Positions 1-13,119 of a DNA stretch of 36,421 nt are shown here, one piece after another (within the stretch, counting starts at the first letter, position 1; each line of letters begins with the position of its first letter). Where the stretch lies: the NCBI RefSeq assembly GCF_004010195.1, contig NW_025215041.1, forward strand, positions 17,302 to 53,722. The letters are read 5' to 3'. Under the pieces are notes generated by a model that saw only the letters and a program-made list of their open reading frames with translations, was not told where the DNA came from and ran no database searches. The DNA comes from Chiloscyllium plagiosum. Lineage: Eukaryota. The translations under genes were made by a program, and so were the position numbers.

Positions 1-1346
1 CCGCTTAGAAATAGGACACATTAATTTAAAACAGTGATTGTTAACATTTCGTTCTCACAAATGGTTAGGATTTTTGGGAGTGGCAGAAGCCAAGTTCTTG
101 ATTTTAGCAGCGGCAGACAGATTATTGCTAAGCAACGAATTGAGAAAGTATCGGATACGTAGGAAGGCAGGTTTGAGGTTACAGTTATCGCGATCATCGT
201 TCAGTTAAATTGTGGAGGATGTTTTACTATCTGAAATACAAACTTCAGTCCCAATTTATTGGATCATATTTCCGTGATTTAAATTGTGCATATTATGCGT
301 GGTGTTCAGTCAGAATTTGAAAAGCTGCTGCTGAGGAATTGAAGATATAGGATCTAACGTTGCTGGTTTATGGTACAGGCTTGTGTGCTGTGTATCTGAA
401 GTCACTGCTGAACAGAGCAGATTAATTTTTTTGCAATGAGTAAATTAATGAAATATTATTTTGCAGAAGACGCAACTGATATTGATTGAAATATGACAAG
501 AACTTGTCAAATAAAATAAATAGAACTCCTCCGTTTTGGTTGAATAAACAAAAATAATTCAGAGTGACGATGACCTACATCTTATTAGTTTCCAATAAAG
601 TTGAAATGGTCTTTATGTAAAGTTGACATTCGATTTAACTATGTTTGTGTTTTGCTTTTTAAAGCTATGTGTAGGGAACATTTCGCGCATTCTTCTCCAG
701 ACAGTTAAAGGTCAAGTTAAAGTTTATTCTGATCAGAACAGAACGTGGTCTCGTCTGCGTTTCGGTCATGTGTAACTAGCCCTTCAAAGCACAAACTTCA
801 CGAGTTTATAGAATGATCACAGTGGTAGCTAATTATTCACAAAACGAGAAACCGACAGTAGTGAATAATGGTTGTCTTTATTGTTTTTATTTTGCCGGAG
901 GAATATTTTCAATCGTTCATAGCAATGGTCAAAATGAGAACATCAACTCTTTAAGTGGGAGATTGTATTGCACTGTGATTATGAGATGCAAAGGTCAAAG
1001 TTTTCGGATTACACTTAACTGGATGAAATGGTAAGTAGAAAGATAAAAACAGGAGGACACAAATGACTACATAAATATGCAGAAACATATCAAATAAAGG
1101 TTAATACTTTGAATGGGTAAAGGTAAGTCATATTGGTCATTCAGCGTTGATGCCATTCGTAACATAATCCAAAGACAAATCACACATCAGAATTATGGGT
1201 AGTCATGCTTCCGCCTCCAACAATTTTGAGGGATATGGTATGGTTAGATGAAGAACTGTCTTCCAGGAGGGAAAACCAAATCACCAAGGCTTTGTGCAGA
1301 CATTACTAAGATGGGCTGTACCATATATTATTGTATTATTGAATTT

Positions 1347-1525
1347 CTACAGTGTGGAAGCAAGCCAATCGATTGCACCCCACCGAACAGCATCCTGCCA
1401 AGTTACAGCAGCTTACCCTATCCCTGTAACTCTGCATTTACAATGTTTGACTCACCGAGCCTGATACATCTTCAGACTGTGGGAGGAAACCAGAGAACAG
1501 TTAGGAAATCGATGTGGACACAGGA
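1347..1525 (-). mobile_element. Partial, decayed V-SINE (HE1-like), 3' half
   Basis: Contains ACTGTGGGAGGAAACCAGAG, the reverse complement of the V-SINE core seen in better copies at 1733-2057 and 28350-28650. Confidence 0.55.
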
Positions 1526-1732
1526 AACGAGAGACAAGGTTACTCTGTATATTTGAGGTGTGGTAACGCAAGGAATGACATATAGCTACATGACAGTGGA
1601 CAGATCTTTCATATTATTTGTGGTATAATCAATTCATAACCAACTTTACCCTGCCGAATGACTTGTTGATTTATTTGCAACTAAATCACGAAACTTTTCT
1701 TCAAATGTTGAACTTAGACGTATCATACAATC

Positions 1733-2057
1733 CCTAGAGTGTACAAGCAGTCCATTCGTCCCAGGGCCACACCAAGAATAAACTACCCACTCACATTCCC
1801 CTACATGAACACTCGATATTTACCTTTTATTAATGCACCTCACTTACACAGCCTAGAACACTGAAGGGAATTTACATGGCCACCACAGAGCCTGCACACC
1901 TTTGGATTGTGGGAGGAAACCGAAGCATCCAGAGAAAACCCACGCAGATTCGAGGAGAATGTGCAAATTCCACGCAGATAGTCGCCCGAGGATGGAATTG
2001 ACTCTGGGCTCTGGCGTTGTGAGACAGCAGTGCTAACCACTGAGCCACCGTGCCACC
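1733..2057 (-). mobile_element. tRNA-derived V-SINE (HE1-like), full length
   Basis: Minus strand starts GGTGGCACGGTGGCTCAGTGGTTAGCACTGCTG (pol III A box), followed by the core TCTGCGTGGGTTTTCTCTGGATGCTTCGGTTTCCTCCCACAATCCAAAG and a LINE-derived tail. Confidence 0.85.
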
Positions 2058-2934
2058 AAGCCCAAATAGTTCAGGCGAAATGCAGATACAAATGGCCAGA
2101 ACTCGAATTTCGTACCAAATTTCATATTTTCAGATTTCCTGCTATTCCACTCATTAAAATTTCTTTTTCCAATATCATCTAAACATTACATTTAGCAATT
2201 GAAGAGATATGGTCGCGGGTCTAAATTGTTGAATCATAGTTCAGTTGAAAACTAAAAGACCCGGGGCTGTGATTCCGTTTTGGAATAAAATATATTTGAA
2301 GTTGTCCACAGTACCACGGCCATCAAACCAGGAAATTAATTCCCCCATGGATCGTGAAAGTGTATAAAATTGCATTCCAACCGCAAAACCATCAAGCATT
2401 AATATAAGGTGAGATCCTGGTGAAGCAACAACACATGCCTATCTGCATTGCTCTCGCATCAGTAAAAGTAATGGTGAAGAAATAATTCCATAAACAGTCG
2501 ATAAGTTCTACATTGTGCAGTCATGCAAAAATATGTCATGAATGCTTGTGGAAAATCATCAGCTTGAGAAGAAGGCTCCAAAAATACATAAAGAATGTGG
2601 GGTGCAGTGGGAGAGTACAACAACAATGTTCAGGCAGAGCTCTTTTTTAGGTGATTCTTCTTGGATTTCTTTGAAGTTTTCCATATTGCAGATACCAATT
2701 ATAATGCAAATCGATTCAATCCCTTGTAAAGCAAGTGCAACGCTGAATGCATTGGATAATGCATAGTCCATGGATTGACAACAGTCTAACTGAAATGTAG
2801 TCCTTCACGGTATACTAACTCGCTTTCTTCCCCCACTCTTCAACCAAAGCTAATTGACTGAAGGGCATATTAATAGTTCGATGTAGAAAATTGCATCATA
2901 ATTATCACTTCACATTAGCTAATTGGTTAAAAAT

Positions 2935-3932
2935 GAGACCACTGAGTTCGTGAACTCCGTACAACATTGGTTCAAATATGGATAAAAGATCTGAACTCCA
3001 AAGGTAAGATTGGTTGCCCTCAGAAACGAAGCTATTCTTAGTTGATGTAGCATACAGGAACCTGTCACTGAAATTCACCTCCACAGATGCAGTTGTGGAA
3101 GAGATTTTGTTGAGTCAGAGCAGAACGCTGCCTTTTTTTGTGTTGATGGTTCACTCACGAACTTGTCCCCGCAATTAAGTAGAAGAACTTTGGTTTATAT
3201 CTCGAACCTTCTATTTATATGTGACACTGGTCAAAGTCTGGAAAATCTTTCCAAGTTGGAAGCATCAGACCATTTACAGTAGAGGAGATCCATTCATCAT
3301 TGCTTTATATTTAGGAGCAATTCCTGCTTCGGATCCCACGCTACCAACTTTACTAAAAGTTGACCTAGCTAAGAAATGCAAACCAGGTGCCCTCAAAAAT
3401 GCCCGAAATCGTATAAACGTTGCAAATCATGACACTCTCAATTCTGTAAACCATCTCCATTGCACAGGTTAGGGGTGTGATAACATTATTCCCACTTTGC
3501 AGTCTGAGCCCATATTGAACAACATGCAATACTTTTTATCTCACTGAGGACAGCTACTTCCTACATCGAAAACATATCTTCAAGAGGCTGTCACTAACGT
3601 TACACTGTAGCACAGGTTGTATGAAATACAGTTCAGAAATTTGACAAAGCTTGATAGACAGCATCTTGAAAACGTACTCCAGCACCATCCAGTAAAATAA
3701 AACGGCAGATACTTGGGCGTATTACCACCAAGCTTTCTCCTTCAGTCGTCCTTGGTTTCCAGACTTTGGTGGAAACGTTCGATTTTCCTTCCAACGGCAT
3801 TGCGTTTTTACCAGTAACACATGAACGGTTGTGAATCAAGACGATACGTTAGGAGGACTATCGTCAAGGATATTAGCAACACCACCAAAAATGTCCAGTT
3901 CGTGAAATATCTGTGCCATGAATGAATTAAAA
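2935..3932 (+). mobile_element. Ancient decayed LINE (CR1/L2 group), RT region and 3' end
   Basis: TTGGTTCAAATATGGATAAAAGATCTGAACTCCAAAGGT (LVQIWIKDLNSKG) resembles LINE RT; ends CCATGAATGAATTAAAA like a LINE tail; no open frame; recognised from memory of the family. Confidence 0.5.
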
Positions 3933-4106
3933 CCAATTAAATGACAAAGGAGACATGAACATGCATTTTAAATTTATTGCACTGTTAATAGAACAAAAAA
4001 CACATTTTTTGATTTGTTTGGAGGTAAGGAGAGCTAAAGTATATTATCTTGTGCAATATTGCAAGCTGGAAACGAGTCTTATCATTATTCAATAACAAAA
4101 ACTGAA

Positions 4107-4412
4107 GTAGCACGGTGGCTCAATGATTCATATTGCTGCCTCACATTACCCGGATCTCTCGTTCAATTACAGCCACCGGGGGGCGTCTGTCTGTGTGGAA
4201 TTTGCATATTCTCCAAGTGTTTACATGGGTTTCCTCCCAAAATCTAAAGATGTTCAATTTACGTGATATGATGATGCTAAATTGCCCACTGTGCCCATGG
4301 ACGTGTGTGTAAGGTGCATTTGCTGGGGAAATGGTTCTGGCTGGGTTTCTGTTCAGAGGGTCGATGTGGACTTGTTGGGCCAAATGGCTTGTTTCCACAC
4401 TAGATATTCTCT
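4107..4412 (+). mobile_element. Decayed V-SINE (HE1-like)
   Basis: GTAGCACGGTGGCTCAATG head, TGTGTGGAATTTGCATATTCTCC core, and TTGTTGGGCCAAATGGCTTGTTTCCACACT tail, matching other copies in the window. Confidence 0.75.
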
Positions 4413-5597
4413 AAAAATAATTCTCTATGGAAACTCACCGAACACTACTGGCAAAGGGTCATAAGAAGGCATGTAACAGTGAGACTGATCAGGAGTAATA
4501 TTCAAATTGCAACATTGTAACTACATAAACCTTTACATGAGCCAAATAAAGAAACTCTGGAAACTGAACAAAAGAGCACTTCCTTTGCATTTCTTTGGTT
4601 TGATCAAAGGGGAAAATCAATTTGTGAGGGTGACAGTGATGCGGGGATAATAATTGTGTAATCCGATGATATGTCAATAACAAGCAAATTATCAGGTGTT
4701 CGGCATCTGGCAGTGTATCCAGAGGTTAAGCTGTGCTTTCCAATGTGGATCTGAAACATGCTTATGCCATGCAATTTCTCCTGAATGCAGACTGGCAAGA
4801 TGAATATCAAGTTGCCGACCACAATTGAATGAAGAACTGCATTGCAAAAATATAAGCATTTTATGTGAACCTGGGTTTCAGAGCATTTGACCACAGCAGA
4901 GACATCATTGTAAAAGTTAAACAAAGGCTTGAAATCTTGCCATTGAAACTCAGGCCCATAAATATTCGAGTAGGATCCTCATTAATAATCATGTTACTGA
5001 ATTATCAGTAATCATTACGGCAAAGTAAAACTGACTTGAATTATGAAGTCGCAATTCAGGGCAAAGTTGACGTGTACATTACACTTTTCTTTGCACCATT
5101 TGAATATAAAATTTTCACAATGTAGCTGGGTATCAGAAGATTTTTGATATCAGTAGTTTAACTGAGAAGTACTATTGATGGAGGAATACAGTTGTCTTCT
5201 AGTCTGCAGGAATATGATCTGCACAAAACTGCAACATTTGTTTCATAGAGCATTTAAGGTGTTAGAAATGACTAATGGGCAGAAATTGGGCAACACATGT
5301 TCTTGCTTATCTTTTGAAGAAACGCGAGGCTGTTCATACCACGAGTTACTATTGAATATTGTTCTTTAACTTTGCACAATGGTATTCATTTGCTCTGTAT
5401 ACATAACGTAACAATCTAGTCAAAGCTAATTTCATACGCTTGTGATTGAAATAACTGTAATTAATGATTTTGTCGGAGCAACTTAATTAATCGTCTCGGG
5501 GATTAATGATTCTAAATAAAAAAGTCACTTTCAGGCGATCTGCCACATTGAAAGTCAGCAGTTTTCAATTACGAGATTATTCTTTCATGCTCAGGAG

Positions 5598-6689
5598 ATG
5601 GGGAAAGCAATTGTTCTATTCATCAAAGAGATCTACTATCCGATTCTTGCAATTATTGGTGTACCAGGTGAGCTATTATAACATGTTGAGCGATTTTTTA
5701 AATCAATGCCTCTCTTCACTCATAGTCTACTTGATGAAATAATTGTTTTTGCATGTCAATTACACGTTAGAACGCTAATTATTTCATCATTTTTTATTTC
5801 AGTGAACTTGATGACAATTTTGGTACTTTTCCGTGCAAACTGTGGCCTTTCCAAATGTATCACTGTGTACATGCTGGGTATGGCAGGAGCCGATCTACTG
5901 GTCATGATAATCAATGTAATGCTGTACCATATTTTCACTTATCACTTCCCATTTTCTTTTTTATACCATACCTCTATGTGTAAATTAATTCTATATCTTA
6001 CTGCTGTAACACTAGATTTGTCAACTTGGTTCACTGCCTTGTTCACATTTGACCGATTTGTTGTTATCTGCAGTCGGAAGTTTAAAGTAAGATATTGCAC
6101 TGGGCAGACAGCAGCTACGGTTACAACATTTTTCTCTGTATTAACCCTATTCAAAAACATTTATTGTTTCTTTGCTTATGGTCACGAGAAAACAATCAAC
6201 AAGTTGCACTGGGGGTGCCATCCGAGGGCAGCTTTCCTTTCCTCATCTATTGGAGCAGCGTTAATCTGGTTTCACGCAGTATGGGGCGTTTTGCTTCCTT
6301 TCACTTTTATCACCCTGTTTAATTGTTTGACAATCATGCGTATTGCATCGGCAAATAGAGCTCGAAAGAAATTCAGGTCTAACATTACTGAGAAAGTAGA
6401 TGATGCAGAGATAAAGAAGCGGCGGATATCCATCACTTTACTCTTCACTATATCAGGCAGCTTCTTACTGTTGTGGCTAACATCTGTCATCAGTTTTATA
6501 AAGAACAGAATCGTAAATATTAATTCTTACCGAGGAGACCGCACAAACCCAGGATATGTAGCCACTGAAATCGGAACTATGTTGAAGTTCTTGAGTTCCT
6601 GTCCAAACACTTTTATTTATGCGGCTACCCAGAAGAATTTCAGAAAAGATTTGAAAAAGGTGCTAAGATCTCTCAGGCTCTGTGCTTAA
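5598..6689 (+). CDS. Class A orphan-type GPCR, GPR139/GPR142-like; join(5598..5667,5803..6689), 318 aa
   Basis: Exon 1 MGKAIVLFIKEIYYPILAIIGVP ends in a phase-1 donor CAG|GTGAG (5668). The acceptor TTTTTATTTCAG (5802) restores the frame and gives TM1 ...IGVPVNLMTILVL. TM2 MAGADLL, TM3 Cys and FDRFVVIC, ECL2 WGC, TM5 LLPF, TM6 SFLLLWLT, TM7 NTFIY, helix 8 KNFR; no stops. Confidence 0.85.
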
Positions 6690-7489
6690 GGTATGTCAAT
6701 AATTTCAGCAATATCGAGTTGTGCTCAAATCCAAAGATCAGAGTTTAATCTTACTTTTACTTCAGCTTCAGGTGGACATTTGGTTTATGTAAATTACATG
6801 ATCTTTCAGGAATCAGAAAACTGAAAAATATTTATCAATTATGATCCCCATATACATACATTAAATGATAGTAGAATGGAATATCTGTTCCATAAAACGT
6901 AATTGCTTGCTGAAAATGTGCATGTTGTCATTTGTTCCTTCTCGGCAGGTGCCCCAGTGATCATTCGATCAAACAAAGGCAAGTTACTGTCAAAATTTTG
7001 GAAGCATTTTCATTAGACATAAGGCTCCGATCGCAGGACAGCAGAATTAAATACTAGATGCTTGTTCAATGTGCAATGTTCCGTGCAAAAAAAAAAACTA
7101 CGGATCAGTCGTTTTAACCCCAACAATATGGAAACGTATGGAAGTGATAATTCAAAGAAAATTAATCTGATAAACTGCCAGTTATTGAAGAAAATTCGGC
7201 ACTTATTTAAATAGAAAATGCTGCTTTTGAGTGACTTCCTAACGGGTTTGATTCATACAATTGTTCTTTGTGGATTTATAGTGTTGAAGTGTTAAGCAAA
7301 ACGTTCGGAATGATATTTATCAGACTTCTCATGAAAGATTGACCTAATGGAATGACATGCGCAAGAGGAACATGGATACAAATTAATGTGATTGTAGTTA
7401 TTAAACATCACTTTTAGAAGAGTGCAACGCTTTAATTTTGGCACAATGCATACTGTGAAGATTGCAGATTTTCCCGATAGCACATGAAT

Positions 7490-7890
7490 ATTAAAGGCCT
7501 TGACGTCCAGGATGCAATTTTGAATGCAGCAGACAATAACAGAATTGGAAACGTTGTAATGAAGAAAACGGAAACCAATCGCAGTTGTGGCGATGTCAGA
7601 AGAACAGAGAGATCTGAGGGCATAAGTACATAAATTATTGAACAGACCAGGAAATTAGGGAACAGCTCATGCCTCACTGGGGTTTCTGGATGGATGTCAA
7701 GCGGTGACATCATAAAAGTGAAAGTTATCATCCAGTCAGAAAAATTGCCAAGTTTTATTTGGTTGACAGGAAGCCGCGGCGAATTTGATGTCGTTAACAA
7801 CACTTACAATTTGTTACAATATTTGGACTCTGGCTGCAGAAATACTATTATGACGCCTTGATCCAAAAGGTGAACGAATTGTGTGGCTAG
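7490..7890 (+). mobile_element. Highly decayed CR1 RT-region fragment
   Basis: GAAGAACAGAGAGATCTGAGGGCATAAGTACATAAATTATTGAA resembles the EEQRDLGVQVHRSLK segment of younger CR1 copies in this window. Confidence 0.4.
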
Positions 7891-7899
7891 CCCCCTGTG

Positions 7900-8446
7900 G
7901 AAAACAAATTGGCCAGATTTGCCACAACGTGTCTGTGGAAGCCATGTTTGTCACAAAGCAATTTTGCAGTAAAATGTAGACTGCAAACGAAGTGTTAAAG
8001 TCGAGTCTGAGGAATTTGTTTTGATAACATGGCCTTGCAGCTGCAAAGTGTCTCAGTCTCTCTGCGCTTTTAGATAAGATTCTACTCCATAGATGATTTT
8101 TTTTTCATTATCTTACTTATCTATTTCTGTTTCTGTCTGGTTCAAGTCTTAGTATGAGATAACGTTTAGTTTTGTAGAGATTAAGCAAGGTAGGTCTGTG
8201 CAATGTATCTAGCAACTGTACGAACTTGCTGTTCAGATTGAGACTGTCATGAAGTTGCGCATTTAATGGGCCGTGATATACTATATAAATTGTAAAATTC
8301 TGAAATTCATTGGAATACATCGGACCTCTTCGAACGAACGCATATGTACTCCCCATGGCCGTGAATCAAGCTAGTTCATTTCACAAGGTCTCTTCTCCTG
8401 ACTATTCTGTTTTAAACTATCCAGTATTAGATGTATTCCCCAAACA
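7900..8446. repeat. Unclassified duplicated segment, copy A
   Basis: Collinear similarity to 15520-16034, e.g. TGTGGAAGCCATGTTTG, AATACATCGGA, CCCCATGGCCGT, CAAGGTCTCTTCTCCTGACTATT, CCCAAACA. Confidence 0.8.
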
Positions 8447-8460
8447 TTGGCAGAGCCAAC

Positions 8461-10000
8461 ATGACCTGGGACGGATGGGATTTATCCTAGGATCCTCTGG
8501 GAAGTCAAGGAGGAGATTGCCAAGCCTTTGGCATTGATTTTTAAATCGTAATTGTCTACAGGAATAGTGCCAGAAGACTGGAGGATAGCAAATGTGTTCA
8601 AGAATGGGAGTAGAGACAATCCTGGTAATTATTGATCAGTGAGCCTCACTTCAGTTGTTGGTAAAATGTTAGAAAAGTTGACAAGAGATACGATTTATAA
8701 TCATCTCGAAAAGAATAATTTGATTAGGGATAGTCGGCACGGTTTTGTGAAGGGTAGGTCGTGCCTAAAAATCCTTATTGAGTTCTTTGAGAAGCTGACC
8801 AAAGAGATAGATGAGAGTAAACTGTTTGATGTGGTGTATATGGATTTCAGCAAGATGTTCGATCGGGTTCCCCACAGTAGGCTATTGTACAAAATGCAGA
8901 GGAATGGGATTGTGAGAGATATCGCAGTTTGGATCAGTAATTGGCTTTCTGAAAGAAGACAGAGGGTGGTTGTGGATTGGAAATGTTCATCCTGGAGTCC
9001 AGTTAACTGTGGTGGACCACAAGGTTCAGTGTTGCATCCACTGCTGTTCGTCATTTTTGCAAATGATCTGGATGAGGGTTTAGAAGGGTGGGTTAGTAAA
9101 TTTGCAGACGACACAAAGGTCAGTGGAGTTGTAGATAGCGAAGAATGATGCTGTAGGTTACAGAGAGACATATATAAGTTGCAGAGCTGGGCTGAGAGGT
9201 GGCAAATGGAGTTTAATGCGGACAAATGTGAGATGATTCACTTGGTCGGAGTAACCAGAATGCAAAGTACTGGGCTAATGATAATATTCTTGGTAGTGTA
9301 GATGAGCAGCGACATCTCTCTGTCCAGGTACACAGATCCTTGAAAGTTGCAACCAAGGTTGACAGGGTTGTTAAGAAGGCATACAGTGCTTTAGCTTTTA
9401 TTAACAGAGGGATCGAGTTCCAGAACCATGAGGTTGTGCTACAGCTGTACAAAACTCCCGTGCTGCCGCACTTGGAGTATTGTGTACAGTTCTGGCCACT
9501 GCATTATAAGAAGGATGTGGAAGTTTTGGAAATGGTGCAGAGGAGATTTACTAGGATGTTGCCTGGTATTGAGGGAAGGTCTTATGAGGAAAGGCTGAGG
9601 GACTTGAGGCTGTTTTTGTCTGTTTTTGTTAGAGAGAAGAAGTTTGAGAGGTGACTTAATAGAGACATATAAGATAATCAAAGGGTTAGATAGGGTGGAC
9701 AGAGAGAGCCTTTTTCCATAAACGGTGATGGCGAGCACAAGGGGCATAGCTTTACATTGAGGGGTGATAGATATGATACAGATGTCAGGGGTAGTTTCTT
9801 TACTAAGAGAGTAGGAAGGTTATGGATTGCTTTGCCTGCAACGGTAGTAGATTCGCCAACTTTAAGTACATTTAAGTCGTCATTGGACAAGCATGGAGTG
9901 GTGTAGTTTAGATGGGCTTCAGATTAGTATGACAGGTCGGCGCAACATCGAGGGCTGTAATGTAATGGTGTAATGTACCATGTTCTATGTTCTATGACCT
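8461..10000 (+). mobile_element. 5'-truncated CR1 LINE (RT and 3' UTR)
   Basis: Motifs DVVYMDFSKMFDRVPH, PQGSVL, SKFADDTK, LEYCVQFW; TGTTCTA-type 3' tail; candidate 7-bp TSD ATGACCT at 8461-8467 and 9994-10000; stops and frameshifts. Confidence 0.95.
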
Positions 10001-10340
10001 CAAATTTACGAGGTTTTCTTGAACATATTACCGTTTTATGAGGTCTTCACTGAATCTGCTTGTACCTGCTAACGAGGAATGCCCCTGAACCTTCTGTGGA
10101 TTTGATTGGCATGAACTTGATTGCCGTTTGCCCGTTTTTGCTTTTTTTAAATGGAATGGCTGTGTGGTATTTAGATTTTGGCCACTCGGTTTAAGCGGCG
10201 ATGGGTTACAGCCAAGATTTATGTGGCTAAACTCATTAAATTTGACTGTGCTGGAATGTGAATGTCTCATTTCCTTTGCAAGTAAGGAATAAACAAAAAC
10301 TAAAAACTGAGATAGAAGGGTAGTTGAAAAATGTTCATAC

Positions 10341-10376
10341 GTGTGTGTGTGAGTGAGTGAGAGAGAGAGAGAGACA
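10341..10376. repeat. (GT)n(GAGT)n(GA)n microsatellite
   Basis: Direct reading of the sequence. Confidence 0.9.
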
Positions 10377-11799
10377 GAAACAGTCTCAGCGCTGATTCCC
10401 AGAAGCTTGCTGAAAAGGTTAACTCCTTGTGATCTGGTTTGAATACACACTTGCTTGTTGGTGATTGAATGTGTGTTTTGTTTCCTGGAGCTCAAGATCC
10501 GAGACTGTTTTGTATTTAAATCTCACTTTGCGAATTTAAGATGATTACTTAAGGAGCCATCAGTTATTGTGAAGTGCAAATTCTAAGACAGGTAATATTA
10601 ATGAAATATTAACCTACCCGTTCTTCCACCACAACTTGACTGCCTGCTGTCAATTTTCAATTATTCACATTTTGTGCTTACAGGAAAGTGAATCAAATTT
10701 AAATTTAAATTGAATCAGTTTGATGTGAAAGTAGGCAGCATTAAGATTTTGATTTAAAAATGTCTTGGCCTTAGATTTTGCACCATTTGACATCAATGTA
10801 AACCTGCTCTCAAATTTCATCCAATAACAATTTCATGCTACGTCCAACGTCAATTTCATCACTTTCGCCCCCTAGCTGTTAGACAATGAAAAGAATTGAC
10901 GAAAGGAAGTAAAATCAGTCGCACTATCAATCCTGGCCTCAAGTGCAGAATTATTCTGTTCCAGGATAAGAGCCGGTTTCTTCCTCATATTAACACCGAG
11001 TGCAGGAATCAAATGAACTTTATACAATTTAGTTTAAAAACACTGTAACACTGAAAGTATAAAGATAAATTAAAAAACAGGCTTAACCAGCAATATTTCT
11101 TCCAGAAAATTACACAAGCAAAATTAAATTTAGTTTAGTTTTGGACTCCTTTGTTTCCACTAAGTGTCGAGACTGCTGCATCTCATTAGTGATTATGGAG
11201 TGCAAGTCGTAGATTTTTTTTTTCATCAGTTTCCCTTCCACACAGATAATTGAAGTTTCAGTTCAACATTATGTTGTGAACAATCACGTTGCAAAAATTA
11301 ATATATTATTGTTAATATCTGTGTCTTCGGTTTAGGCCATTATTTGTGCTTTAATAAGCAAGAACTTTTAATGCAGCTGCAGTCATTTCACGGCATATAA
11401 CGTTGTAAATGAGCAATGACTGATCAGAACCCCTTCAAGAAGCAAATCTGACATTTAAACTAGGACTACAATCAAGCAATTGTAGGATTTCAGAGTTGAA
11501 AACTGTGTACATTTTGAATTATAAAATTAGATTTGAGTAGAGGACTGTCAAGTCTATATTGATGCTTCTTAAATGTCTTAGTCTTTTCTTCAGCTTCGTT
11601 TCCATCTCTCAATTAGAGACAATGATTATATTAGTTATTTTCTTTAATTTAAGAAATGAATTGTATCAGTCCGGAACTACAAAAATAGAAACAATTGGCA
11701 AGATCGATTGGTTTTATTCGATTATACATTGGCAGAATTCTGTGTCATTGCCTCGTGCTTAATTTGAAGCATGACAGCATTGATTAATTATTAATTAAT

Positions 11800-12010
11800 T
11801 AATGGAAGGATAAAGTCGATATCAAGTGGAAGGACAGTTGAAGGAAACATGCATGTGATAAGAAGATAGAGGTGTGTAGAGCGACTCCCAAAGGATGGGA
11901 AAAGTTAAAAGCTGAGTGTGAGTGGGTAAATGGAAAAGAAACGGAACACAAGAAATAGTGCAAACATGAAGGCCACGGAATTTAAAAAAAATAAATGAAC
12001 AATGCTGCAA
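11800..12010 (+). mobile_element. Highly decayed CR1 fragment
   Basis: TGAGTGGGTAAATGGAAAAGAAACGGAACACAA resembles the EWAxxWQMEYN segment of CR1 RT. Confidence 0.3.
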
Positions 12011-13119
12011 AATAAAATTTTAAAAATTGCATTCAATGTCGCATCGCGAGCACATGTCTGGCATACCGAACGTGTTTGAGGGATGCAAACTTTCCCATAA
12101 AATTTCCTGTTCGTCCCCAGCACACCCACTGGTTTTAAAACTTCATTTACCGTGAAGATGAAGGGTCCAGTGTCGATAAACAGCTTCATCGCCTATATCA
12201 TAGAGTTGAGAGGGCTGAGCTATCCCGGGAATCAGATTAATGTTAATGAACCAAGCCCCGGACGACAAGGAAAAACACAGTCCAATTTGCTCAATATGCC
12301 CAAAGAACGAGACAGATGTAAAGACAGCAAAACTCTGGGAGTGACCTGAATAAGAGTGGCTTGTGTGAGAAGACCGAAATATGTCGTCAGCTATCTGATG
12401 AAAATGGTTGACAGCACACAAATGAATAATAAAAGAGAAGCTGACTCACCTTTGTTTAATCCTTTGCTTTTGCCCTGTATTCGTTCTGGTGTCGCTGACA
12501 TGATCCTGACAAACACTATGAACTGGTCCAAGAATTCAAGGTCGCAAGTGAAGTGAGCGTTAGTCTTCTACTTCGATGGCTCGTACGAGAGCAAACTACG
12601 ATCCAAGTTGCAGTCAAAAGCCGATACCCCGTGGGCCAGCTCCGACACGGTTGATTGAGACCAGCATAACTGAGTGCAGAACCTCCCTCAGAAGTCCGCG
12701 CATCAACCACTGCTGAGCAACCATATCCAGAGTAGATTCTGGAATGGAGGACAGACAGGCACCATGGTTACACCTTTCAGACTGTGAACAAGACAGTGAA
12801 ATTACAGGGGCAAATGGCCCTTGATTTATGCGTTAAACAATGGCCACTGGCGAGTGATGTGTTCTTATTGTTACCTTTGAACTCACGCAGGGATGTACAT
12901 GCTTGCATCCGAGGAAAAGGCAAATCTCTAAATATATGCATTGTCTGCCATTGCGCTTTTGACATGGCCCACGATAAAAAAGCCTTGTGGAAACATAAAT
13001 GTTTTTCACCTGCACGAGACTATTATCAGAAATGCTGTTTTGTCCATCCAGTCTGACAGTCAACAAGATATTCAGCTCACGCTGAGGCAACTGAAACAGT
13101 CTCCGAAGGAAATTATCGA

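Noticed and set aside
20..225. Faint resemblance to an old CR1/L2 3' end
   Set aside because: Too degenerate to support without an alignment.
1990..2057. tRNA-like heads of SINEs (also at 26549, 27045, 28350)
   Set aside because: They run into SINE cores and tails, so they are not tRNA genes.
2060..2800. Hydrophobic short ORFs as possible additional GPCR pseudogenes (also 7432-7803, 11905-12189)
   Set aside because: No DRY/DRF, LAxAD or NxxY-type motifs; two of them overlap decayed LINE sequence on the other strand.
5706..5802. ORF-track start of the GPCR (MPLFTHSLL...)
   Set aside because: This is open-frame intron sequence. Canonical splice sites and the better TM1 from exon 5598-5667 explain the gene.
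12576..12642. ATGGCTCGTACGAGAGCAAACT resembles the H3 start (MARTKQT) missing at 23995
   Set aside because: Needs an indel after four codons and similarity collapses afterwards. There is no histone promoter or splice donor, and the surrounding DNA looks like decayed LINE, so it is probably chance.
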